Shown here one piece after another: positions 19,798-28,317 of a stretch of DNA of 64,000 nt. The notes beneath the pieces were generated by a model. The model worked only from the letters and a program-made list of their open reading frames with translations. It was not told the DNA's origin and made no database searches. The number at the start of each line of letters is the position of its first letter. Position 1 is the first letter of the stretch. This stretch comes from an uncultured Cryomorphaceae bacterium (GTDB taxonomy: Bacteria; Bacteroidota; Bacteroidia; Flavobacteriales_D; Cryomorphaceae). The stretch lies in NCBI GenBank assembly GCA_963748925.1, contig CAVVKG010000008.1, positions 233,335 to 297,334 of the forward strand, in the 5' to 3' direction. The position numbers and the translations under genes are program-made.

Positions 19798-22389
19798 ATG
19801 AGATATATACTCGAACGCATATTGTTTTTTCTCATTGTATTTGCAACTACTGCTGTAAATGCTCAGGACTGCAATTTTGATTTTGATCTGGGTGCAGATG
19901 TAGTTCTTACATGCGGTCAAACCTATACTATTCAAGCTCCTCCTGGTTTTGATTCATATTTATGGAGCACCGGCTCTACGGCCGAAAGTATTTCTGTGAG
20001 CCAAACAGGTACTTATTCTTGCACCATATCTTCTGCTCTCGGCAGCATAATTACAAATGGTGATTTTTCTGCAGGCGATACCGATTTTACTACCGATTAT
20101 AATAATGGCACAGGAGGTGCTTATGGTCTTTTATCAACAGAAGGAGAGTATGCAGTTACATCAAATTCTTCTCTGGTTCATAATGATTTTGCAAATTGTT
20201 TAGATCACACTACCGGCCTTCCCGCAGGAAGCTTTTTTGTGGCTAATGGCGCAAATTTGCCGGGAACCGTGGTCTGGGAACAAACGGTTCCAGTAACACC
20301 TAATACGGATTATCTGTTTTCAGCCTGGTTTATGTCAGTCGTTTCAGGAAGCCCAGCTGAGTTTAGCTTCATAGTAGATGGAGTAGTAATCGGCAGCCCA
20401 TTTCAAATACAAAATACAACGTGTATGTGGCAGAATTTTTTAGCTTCATACAATTCTGGTCCTAATACCAGTATTACCATTGGAATTTTAAATAATAACA
20501 TCAATGGTTCCGGTAATGATTTTGCGATTGACGATATTTCCTTCTCACCTACCTGTACTTATACCGATGAAGTTCAAGTTACAGGTGCTTCTCAGCCTGT
20601 ATTAACCCTTACAGACGATACCACCATTTGCGATGGTGAAAGCATAACTCTCCAGGCTTCAAGCGATATACCGGGAAGCACCTTTACATGGGTGCCCGGC
20701 TTTACCAATGGCGATGAGCTTACAATTTCTCCTACAGGTACAGTTCAATACACAGTGGTTACTACATCGCCAGAAGGCTGTAATTCGCTACAACAAACGG
20801 TTACCGTTACAATAACATCTCCCGACGATTATACTTTAAATGTTCCACCTAATTTTTCTGTCTGCGAAGGCGATCCTGTTAATCTTACCTTTCCAGCCGC
20901 CACGTCGGGGACTTATGCATGGAGCCCTCCGGAATTTCTCGATGACCCAAATTCCGCAAACCCAGAGGCAATGGTTAGTGAAACTACTGCGTTTACTGTA
21001 GTTTATACAGATGTTTGCGGCGATGAGCAGGAAGCTACTACCGTAGTAGATGTATTAGGTGGAGAATTAGATCTTGGAAATGCCATTAGTATTTGCGAGG
21101 GTACTGATTATCAAATCACACTTCCAGCAGGTCCCAATTATATCTGGCAGGATGGTTCTACCGGAAACACCTACACAATAACTGAAACGGGCCTCTACGA
21201 GGCTGAGGCTTTTATTGGAAATTGTCAGGCAACCGGTTCCGTTTTCGCCACGGTAAATCCCGCTCCTGAAATTCCGGATATTGATGATGAAACCATCTGC
21301 GAAGGCGAGAGCATTACTGTTGATTTGTCGGAATATAATTATGCGTTCACATGGAATGATGGGAACACAAACCCGATTAGAACATTAACCAATCCTGGAA
21401 ATTACACGGTTGAAGCATCGGTAGGAACCTGCACTGACGAAAGCAGTTTTCTACTTAACGTTGTTCCACTTCCACAAATTAATTTGGGTGAAACTATTGC
21501 TATATGTTCCGATAATGAGGCAGCTCTAAGTGTAAATGTTCCTAATGCTGATGTGAGTTGGAGCACCGGCGAAACAAGTCAGCAAATATTTGTTTCACAA
21601 GGCGGCGTTTATTCGGTAACAGTTACCTTAAACGGATGTACATCAACAGACGATGTGTTAGTTTTAGAAAGCGAAATTCCGGACATAAGTATTTCCGGCG
21701 ATGAATCAATCTGTGCTGGTGAGTCTAAAACACTTTCTGCAACTCCAAATCCCGATTATAACTACGAATGGAGTACCGGTGAAACCACTGTTTCTATCAC
21801 AATTACTTCGGGTGGCACTTACAGTGTTACAGCCACAAATCAGTCGGGAGGGTGCTCTTCCGAGGATGAAATAGAAGTGGGAAATCTACCTGCGCCGCGT
21901 CTTATTTTACCCGATACGGTGACCTTCTGTAAGGGCAAGTCTCGAACTGTATTGGCTTCTGTGAATTCAGGAGATTCGGTAGTTTGGGATAATGGAACTG
22001 CCGGCAGATACTTGAATATCACAGAACCGGGAATTTATACAGCTTCAACTTACAGCGTCTGCGGAGTCGCACAAAAATCAGTCGAGGCTATACAAGAAGA
22101 TTGTAGTTCTACTTTATATATTCCCTCTGCTTTTACCCCTGATGGCGATGGTCTGAATGATATCTTCAAGGCTGAAGGATACAATATTGAGTCATTTAAA
22201 ATCTGGATTTTTAATCGATGGGGTACACTTCTTTTTTATTCAGATAACATCGATCAGGGCTGGAATGGAAGCGATTCATCAGTTGATTACTTTGTGCCTT
22301 CCGGCGAATACCCTTATAAAGTAGAAGTGAAATACGACAAAAGTATGGATGCTGAAATAGTGCGAGGAAGTGTAACAGTGGTCAGATAA
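19798..22389 (+). CDS. paralogous secreted surface protein with T9SS type-B C-terminal domain
   Basis: The start MRYILERILFFLIVFATTAVNAQ is a signal peptide. The N-terminal ~270 aa are collinear with the 13106 protein (QDC..F.LG...YLWSTG...NGDFS...TPNTDY.FS.W...GNDFAIDDISFSPTC). The C-terminus YIPSAFTPDGDGLNDIF...IFNRWGTLLF...WNG is a type-B domain. Confidence 0.85.
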   Translation: MRYILERILFFLIVFATTAVNAQDCNFDFDLGADVVLTCGQTYTIQAPPGFDSYLWSTGSTAESISVSQTGTYSCTISSALGSIITNGDFSAGDTDFTTDYNNGTGGAYGLLSTEGEYAVTSNSSLVHNDFANCLDHTTGLPAGSFFVANGANLPGTVVWEQTVPVTPNTDYLFSAWFMSVVSGSPAEFSFIVDGVVIGSPFQIQNTTCMWQNFLASYNSGPNTSITIGILNNNINGSGNDFAIDDISFSPTCTYTDEVQVTGASQPVLTLTDDTTICDGESITLQASSDIPGSTFTWVPGFTNGDELTISPTGTVQYTVVTTSPEGCNSLQQTVTVTITSPDDYTLNVPPNFSVCEGDPVNLTFPAATSGTYAWSPPEFLDDPNSANPEAMVSETTAFTVVYTDVCGDEQEATTVVDVLGGELDLGNAISICEGTDYQITLPAGPNYIWQDGSTGNTYTITETGLYEAEAFIGNCQATGSVFATVNPAPEIPDIDDETICEGESITVDLSEYNYAFTWNDGNTNPIRTLTNPGNYTVEASVGTCTDESSFLLNVVPLPQINLGETIAICSDNEAALSVNVPNADVSWSTGETSQQIFVSQGGVYSVTVTLNGCTSTDDVLVLESEIPDISISGDESICAGESKTLSATPNPDYNYEWSTGETTVSITITSGGTYSVTATNQSGGCSSEDEIEVGNLPAPRLILPDTVTFCKGKSRTVLASVNSGDSVVWDNGTAGRYLNITEPGIYTASTYSVCGVAQKSVEAIQEDCSSTLYIPSAFTPDGDGLNDIFKAEGYNIESFKIWIFNRWGTLLFYSDNIDQGWNGSDSSVDYFVPSGEYPYKVEVKYDKSMDAEIVRGSVTVVR

Positions 22390-22459
22390 TCTTCTTGCTT
22401 TTCTCTTTAGTGAATTCCTTTGTGTAAGCTTATTTGATAACTCGGATGTGATTTTTCTC

Positions 22460-23218
22460 CTAAAGCGTGAAATAAAAATCATCCACATTCTGCCGGTAAT
22501 CCTCGTACTTCTCCTTATTGAAAATAAAAAACTGCGCCGGCTTATGCGGCACGCCCACTTGCTTTTCTTCGAGTGGAACCAGGAAACTCATTTTGAGAAT
22601 TTTACGTCTGAAGTTTCTTTTGTCCAGCTCGGTATTTAAGATGGCTTCGTAGAGATGCTGGAGTTGACCTAAGGTGAATTTTTCTGGTAACAATTCAAAG
22701 CCAAGTGGTTGATACTTGCTCTTAAACTTCAGTTCTTTTAAGGCGGTTTGGATTATTTCGAGGTGATCGAATCCCAGTTCTGGCAGATTGTCCACATCAT
22801 GCCAAAATGCTTCCTTCGCAAAACTGCTCGCTTGAAGTTGGTATTGATCCGAGCGAATGAGCGAGTAATAGGCCACGGTGATTACGCGCGCATCTGGTTC
22901 AGCGCGAATTGATTTCAACCATTCCAAATCAGATTCTTTTGTGAGTCTATCCGGGTCGCCAAAAGAACCAAACTGCTCAAGAAAAATGTCTTGTAATCCG
23001 GTTAGCTCCTGTAGAACGCGTTGTGCAGCCTGGTCAAGATTCTCATCATTCCGAATAAGGTTTCCCGGAAGGGCATAAACCTTTTCAGACTTATCTGAGG
23101 GTTGCTGACCTCTGTCAATTAATAAAACTTTCAGTTTTTCTGTGTCAAATCCAAAAATTACGCAGTCTGCGGAGACATTAGGATTAAGTTTTATTTCTGT
23201 TCCGGATTGTAGAGGCAT
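22460..23218 (-). CDS. Nudix-related (NrtR-like) transcriptional regulator
   Basis: Nudix fold with a degenerate Nudix box (GNLIRNDENLDQAAQRVLQELTGL, where REx2EE is replaced by RVLQEL). The C-terminal winged-helix-like segment (FTLGQLQHLYEAILNTELDKRNFRRKILKM) is typical of NrtR-family regulators. The ATG at 23218 is preferred. Confidence 0.75.
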   Translation of the reverse strand: MPLQSGTEIKLNPNVSADCVIFGFDTEKLKVLLIDRGQQPSDKSEKVYALPGNLIRNDENLDQAAQRVLQELTGLQDIFLEQFGSFGDPDRLTKESDLEWLKSIRAEPDARVITVAYYSLIRSDQYQLQASSFAKEAFWHDVDNLPELGFDHLEIIQTALKELKFKSKYQPLGFELLPEKFTLGQLQHLYEAILNTELDKRNFRRKILKMSFLVPLEEKQVGVPHKPAQFFIFNKEKYEDYRQNVDDFYFTL

Positions 23219-23292
23219 ATTAAGGATTTTGTTTCTTTGCAAAGCTGGCAAAAATATCAATAAATTATTGTTTTTTTGTTGTCACTACACCT

Positions 23293-23311
23293 AAGTGTTA
23301 TCTTTACACTT
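23293..23311. promoter_or_regulatory. inverted repeat AAGTGT-N7-ACACTT overlapping a -7-like box (TATCTTTA) upstream of pfkA
   Basis: Perfect 6-bp arms, 19 nt before the pfkA ATG. Related AGTGT-N7-ACA(C/A) elements occur at 37059-37074 and 40488-40503. Confidence 0.4.
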
Positions 23312-23329
23312 TCAAATTTATACATTTCT

Positions 23330-24310
23330 ATGGGATCAATTCGAAAAATTGCAGTATTCACCTCCGGGGGAGACTCTCCTGGCATGAATGCCGCGGTTAG
23401 AGCTGTGGTGCGAACCGCTATTTTCAACGACCTGCAAGTTGCGGGAATTTTCAGAGGCTTCGAGGGATTAATTGAGGGTGATATTGAGCCTCTCTCAGCT
23501 CGCTCGGTGAATCATATTTTGCAACGAGGAGGCACAATTTTGAAATCTGCGCGCAGTAAGGATTTTAGAACAAAAGCAGGACGAGAGAAAGCCTACGAAA
23601 AGCTCAAGTCAAATGGAATTGATGCCGTGGTAGCCATCGGTGGTGACGGAACTTTTACCGGGGCACATATTTTTAATAAGGAATTTGACTTTCCCTTTAT
23701 CGGCATTCCGGGAACGATTGATAACGACCTTGTGGGTAGTGATTTTACTATTGGATTTGATACTGCCTTGAATACCGTGATTGATGCTGTAGATAAAATT
23801 CGTGATACAGCCGCTTCACATAATCGCCTTTTCTTTGTAGAGGTAATGGGTAGAGATGCCGGATTCATTGCAGCCCACGCGGGTGTAGCTTCCGGAGCAT
23901 TGGCGGTGCTTATTCCTGAAAGAAATATGTCGATAGAAGATTTGGTAGAGCGACTAAGAGAAGCCCGTCGACACAATAAAACGTCAAGCATTGTAATAGT
24001 TGCCGAAGGCGGGAAGAGCGGAAATGCCTCTGAAATTGCTGATAAGGTAAATGAACTCGCCCCCTATTATGAAACGAAGGTTACCATTCTAGGTCATATT
24101 CAAAGAGGAGGAAGTCCATCTTGTTTTGATAGAAACTTAGCCAGCAGGCTGGGTGTAGCCGCCGTTGAACACCTTCTAAAAGGCGATCGTGACTGCATGG
24201 TAGGTATGATCAATCAAAAGATTGTTCTGACCCCATTTGCGGAAGCAATATCCGATAAGTTAACTATTGATCCTGAATTGATTCGGATTGCTGACATACT
24301 CTCAATTTAA
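23330..24310 (+). CDS. pfkA: ATP-dependent 6-phosphofructokinase
   Basis: KIAVFTSGGDSPGMNAA, IGGDGTFTGA, GIPGTIDNDL and MGRDAGFIA blocks. The ATG at 23330 is preferred. Confidence 0.95.
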   Translation: MGSIRKIAVFTSGGDSPGMNAAVRAVVRTAIFNDLQVAGIFRGFEGLIEGDIEPLSARSVNHILQRGGTILKSARSKDFRTKAGREKAYEKLKSNGIDAVVAIGGDGTFTGAHIFNKEFDFPFIGIPGTIDNDLVGSDFTIGFDTALNTVIDAVDKIRDTAASHNRLFFVEVMGRDAGFIAAHAGVASGALAVLIPERNMSIEDLVERLREARRHNKTSSIVIVAEGGKSGNASEIADKVNELAPYYETKVTILGHIQRGGSPSCFDRNLASRLGVAAVEHLLKGDRDCMVGMINQKIVLTPFAEAISDKLTIDPELIRIADILSI

Positions 24311-24332
24311 TATTAACATAAAGAAATCATAT

Positions 24333-25205
24333 ATGCTTTTAATTGCTGATAGTGGATCTACGAAATGTGACTGGAGATTGGTGGATGAGGATAAGACCTA
24401 CCGCGATTTTAAATCGATTGGGATAAATCCATATTTCCACAATGAAGATATTATAGAAGCTGAGCTCAATAAGGTGCCTGAACTGGTGGAAAATGCCAAT
24501 AAAGTAACAGCTGTTTTCTTCTATGGCGCAGGCTGTTCTTCTACAGATTTAAAGAGGATAGTTGATCGTGGGCTGAGCAGAATTTTTCACAATGCACAGA
24601 TTTACGTCGATCACGATTTGGTCGCTGCAGCCTTTGCCGTTTATGACGATGAGCCATGCATAGCGTGTATACTTGGTACAGGATCTAATTCCTGTCATTT
24701 TGATGGAGACATAGTTAGGGAGGAAGTGCCCGCCCTCGCTTATATCTTAGGCGATGAGGGTAGCGGTAGCTATTTTGGTAAGAAACTGCTCACCGATTTT
24801 CTCTATAAAAAGCTACCCGAAAATATTCATCAGGCATTGGTTGAGCAGTTTGATTTGAATAAAAATACGATTATGGACAGGGTTTACATGAAATCTCACG
24901 CCAATGTATATCTGGCTTCGTTTATGCGTTTTATTACGAGTTTTAGTTCTGAGCCTTATGTACGCGACATGATTCGGGAGGGGCTCGAAAAATTCATCGA
25001 TATTCATGTAAAATGCTTTCGCGATTCAGGAAAGGTAAAAACACACTTTGTAGGATCGGTTGCGTATTACCATGAGGCTATTCTTGCTGAGGTTGCAAAG
25101 GAGAAGGGTATAATCATGGGTCACATTATAAAGCGGCCTATCGAGGGACTTTATCAACATCATGTAAAAAATTATTTCTCAAAAATACCCTTTAAAGCGA
25201 GCTAG
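24333..25205 (+). CDS. BadF/BadG/BcrA/BcrD-type ATPase, N-acetylglucosamine-kinase-like sugar kinase
   Basis: N-terminal LIADSGSTKCDWRL and GTGSNS phosphate-binding motifs of the ASKHA-fold BadF-type kinases. 290 aa from the ATG at 24333. Confidence 0.8.
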   Translation: MLLIADSGSTKCDWRLVDEDKTYRDFKSIGINPYFHNEDIIEAELNKVPELVENANKVTAVFFYGAGCSSTDLKRIVDRGLSRIFHNAQIYVDHDLVAAAFAVYDDEPCIACILGTGSNSCHFDGDIVREEVPALAYILGDEGSGSYFGKKLLTDFLYKKLPENIHQALVEQFDLNKNTIMDRVYMKSHANVYLASFMRFITSFSSEPYVRDMIREGLEKFIDIHVKCFRDSGKVKTHFVGSVAYYHEAILAEVAKEKGIIMGHIIKRPIEGLYQHHVKNYFSKIPFKAS

Positions 25206-25207
25206 AA

Positions 25208-25855
25208 ATGTCAGAGATTAAATCGTGTTTATTTGATTTAGACGGCGTAATCGTCGATACTGCGCGCTATCACTTTCAGGCATGGAAGAGACTTTGCAAA
25301 GAACTTGGTTTTGATTTGAGCCACGATGAAAACGAGGAGCTCAAAGGGATAGGTAGAGCAGAGTCGCTGGAGATATTACTTAGAAAAGGCGGAGTGAGCC
25401 TATCCGATTCTGAGAAAGCGCATTACATGAAAATTAAGAATGACTGGTATCTGGAATTAGTGGATACCATGGCGAGCGATGAAATTTTACCGGGGGTGGT
25501 TAATTTTCTTGATGAAGTAAAGCAGTCTGGTAGAAAAATTGCCCTTGGTTCGGCAAGTAAAAACGCCATTAAAATTTTGGAAAAAGTGGGCATACTCGGT
25601 CTCTTTGATGCTGTGATAGATGGTACAAAAGTGACCCGCGGGAAGCCCGATCCGCAAACATTTACCCTGGGAGCCGAGGCAACAGGTGCCATGCCAAATG
25701 AATGCGTTGTTTTTGAAGATGCCCTCGCAGGTGTGGATGCCGCACTTGCCGGAGGCATGTATGTAATAGGTGTGGGAGAACCTGATGTTTTGAATAAGGC
25801 CCATAAGGTTATTCCCGGATTTGCAGGTGTTGGGGTTAGTTTGTTGGATTTTTAG
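25208..25855 (+). CDS. pgmB: beta-phosphoglucomutase (HAD superfamily)
   Basis: LFDLDGVIVDT (DxD nucleophile motif), LGSASKN, KPDPQTF and FEDALAGV. It lies immediately upstream of a GH65 phosphorylase. Confidence 0.9.
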   Translation: MSEIKSCLFDLDGVIVDTARYHFQAWKRLCKELGFDLSHDENEELKGIGRAESLEILLRKGGVSLSDSEKAHYMKIKNDWYLELVDTMASDEILPGVVNFLDEVKQSGRKIALGSASKNAIKILEKVGILGLFDAVIDGTKVTRGKPDPQTFTLGAEATGAMPNECVVFEDALAGVDAALAGGMYVIGVGEPDVLNKAHKVIPGFAGVGVSLLDF

Positions 25856-26010
25856 TCATGAGTGATTGGTGATTGTTTTCCCGCCGCAGTGACGCGATGA
25901 CTTGCTTCTTCGCAACGGAAAAACGCAAAGAATCAACAACCTCAAATTCCACCCAAAACAAACCCAACTAAAAATCCAGATTCAGATGGAATCTGTTAAA
26001 GAAAAAAGAA

Positions 26011-28317
26011 ATGAAAAAGCATTATAAAGAAGATGGCTGGAGTATTATTGAAGAGGGATTTCATCCTGAAATGCAGCAGTCGTCCGAGAGTATTTTTAGT
26101 CTGGGAAATGGCCGCATGGGCCAGCGAGCAAATTTTGAAGAATCGTATAGTGGCGAAAGTCTTTTAGGCAATTACGTAGCCGGTGTTTACTATCCCGATA
26201 AAACCCGTGTAGGCTGGTGGAAAAATGGATACCCCGAGTATTTTGCCAAAGTGCTTAATGCTGCCAACTGGATCGGGATAAATGTATCAGTGAATGGTGA
26301 ATCGCTCGATTTGGCTACGGCCAAAGTAACCGAATTTAAGCGTGAGCTCAATATGAGAGAGGGTTATTTGCACCGCAGTTTTATTGCGGAAATGCCCAAT
26401 GGAGTGATCTTAAAGGTAAATGCAAAACGATTTTTGAGTATGTCGGTTTTTGAAGCCGGACTTATCCGCTATAGCGTCACTCCACTGAACTATTCAGGCG
26501 TTATCGAATTTGGCTGTTTTGTAGATGGTGATATAAAGAATCAGGACGCTAACTACGACGAAAAGTTTTGGAGCGAAGTGTCTCGTGAAACGGGTAATGA
26601 TACTGCTGCACTAATAATTCGTACGAAGAAATTAGATTTCCATGTGTGTACCGCACAGAAAATCGTTGTTACCGTTAACGGAGCTGAAAAATCTTATAGC
26701 AGCATACAAAATGAGCGTGAAAAATATGTTGAGAATGTCGTTTCTATAAACGCAACTGAGGGGGATGAGCTAGTTGTCTATAAATATGCCGCTAACGTGT
26801 CATCGCTAAATCATCCCATTTCAGACTTACATAATCGCGCTATGAAAGTAGTTTCGCAGTGTGCTGTGAATGGGTTTAATGAGATGCTCGAAGATCAGAA
26901 AAGGGCATGGGCCGAACGCTGGAAAATGAATGATATCGTGATAGAAGGCGATGTTGCAGCTCAGCAGGCAATTCGGTTTAATATCTTTCAGCTTAACCAG
27001 ACATACACAGGCGATGATGCTCGTCTGAATATTGGTCCTAAAGGTTTTACAGGCGAAAAATACGGTGGAAGTACTTACTGGGATACAGAGGCATATTGTC
27101 TTCCATTTTACATGCTCACCTCCGGAAAGGAAGTGGCAAAGAACCTTTTACTTTACCGGTATCGCCAGCTTGGGAAAGCTATAGAAAACGCCGAAAAGTT
27201 AGGCTTCAAGGATGGCGCTGCACTTTACCCGATGGTAACCATGAACGGAGAAGAGTGCCACAATGAGTGGGAGATAACCTTTGAAGAAATTCACAGAAAT
27301 GGCGCTATTGCATACGCCATTTTCAATTACATAAGGCACACCACCGATGAAGACTACTTAAAAGAAGGAGGCCTCGAAGTTCTGCTTGGAATAGCACGTT
27401 TCTGGAGTCAGCGTTTTAATTGGAGCGAACACAAAAAACAATTTGTAATGCTCGGTGTTACAGGGCCAAATGAGTACGAGAATAACGTTAACAACAACTG
27501 GTACACCAACTATATTGCAAGATGGACGATGAAGTATACCATGGATTGCGTTGACAAGTGCCAGGAAGATTCCGGATTTTGGAATGAGTTTAAGTCCAGA
27601 ACTAAATTTGACGACTCAGCAGAACTCACTCAGTGGCGAAAAATTGTAGATAACGTATATGAGCCTCGCCTTGAGGGAAGCAATATTTACCTGCAGCAAG
27701 ATGGCTTTCTTGATAAGGTTGATCGCGTAGCTGATGATCTCGATCCGTCAGAACGACCTATAAATCAGAATTGGAGCTGGGATAGAATCCTGCGCTCAGT
27801 TTTTATTAAGCAGGCAGACGTACTTCAGGGAATGTACTTTTTTGAAGAAGATTTTTCTGAAGAAGAATTACGCGACAATTTTAATTATTACGAGCCGCGT
27901 ACAGTTCATGAGTCATCACTTTCGCCATGTGTTCATTCCATCCTTGCCAGCAAATTGGGTATGGATGAAAAAGCGTATGAGATGTACTTGCGCACCGCAC
28001 GCCTCGATCTTGACGATTATAACCACGAAGCCGATGAAGGCTTGCATATCACTTCCATGGCCGGAACTTGGATGGCTGTCGTAGAAGGATTTGGTGGCAA
28101 GCACATTAAAGATGGGGTTCTGAGTTTTGACCCGGTAATGCCATCAGAATGGGAGTCATTTCAGTTTAATTTAATTTACCGTGAAGTTGTTATTTCGGTT
28201 GGCGTTTCCGCGAAAAGAGTCTCCGTTTCCACAGAGTCATCTGGAGAGCTTGAAATTATGGTATATGGCAAATCTTATAAATTGACCCAAAAGAATCCCA
28301 TAAAAGTGGAGCGATGA
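26011..28317 (+). CDS. GH65 maltose (kojibiose/trehalose-type) phosphorylase
   Basis: 768-aa ORF with GH65 N-terminal, catalytic (GVTGPNEYENNVNNNWYTN) and C-terminal blocks. Maltose specificity is inferred from the pgmB and amylase context. Confidence 0.88.
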   Translation: MKKHYKEDGWSIIEEGFHPEMQQSSESIFSLGNGRMGQRANFEESYSGESLLGNYVAGVYYPDKTRVGWWKNGYPEYFAKVLNAANWIGINVSVNGESLDLATAKVTEFKRELNMREGYLHRSFIAEMPNGVILKVNAKRFLSMSVFEAGLIRYSVTPLNYSGVIEFGCFVDGDIKNQDANYDEKFWSEVSRETGNDTAALIIRTKKLDFHVCTAQKIVVTVNGAEKSYSSIQNEREKYVENVVSINATEGDELVVYKYAANVSSLNHPISDLHNRAMKVVSQCAVNGFNEMLEDQKRAWAERWKMNDIVIEGDVAAQQAIRFNIFQLNQTYTGDDARLNIGPKGFTGEKYGGSTYWDTEAYCLPFYMLTSGKEVAKNLLLYRYRQLGKAIENAEKLGFKDGAALYPMVTMNGEECHNEWEITFEEIHRNGAIAYAIFNYIRHTTDEDYLKEGGLEVLLGIARFWSQRFNWSEHKKQFVMLGVTGPNEYENNVNNNWYTNYIARWTMKYTMDCVDKCQEDSGFWNEFKSRTKFDDSAELTQWRKIVDNVYEPRLEGSNIYLQQDGFLDKVDRVADDLDPSERPINQNWSWDRILRSVFIKQADVLQGMYFFEEDFSEEELRDNFNYYEPRTVHESSLSPCVHSILASKLGMDEKAYEMYLRTARLDLDDYNHEADEGLHITSMAGTWMAVVEGFGGKHIKDGVLSFDPVMPSEWESFQFNLIYREVVISVGVSAKRVSVSTESSGELEIMVYGKSYKLTQKNPIKVER

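Noticed and set aside
23235-23244. Perfect 10-bp palindrome CTTTGCAAAG in the Nudix-regulator/pfkA intergenic region.
   Set aside because: It occurs once and has no related copy at the other cluster promoters. It sits 17 nt from the regulator's start codon, so it could still be an autoregulatory site, but the evidence is too thin to call.
25977-25995. 7-bp hairpin (cagattc/gaatctg) 16 nt before the GH65 start, and a tandem gtgattg x2 at 25862-25875, both in the 155-nt pgmB-GH65 gap.
   Set aside because: The structures are short with no T-run, so this is not a terminator. I recognised no riboswitch-like conservation. Such structures could easily arise by chance in a CA-rich leader.
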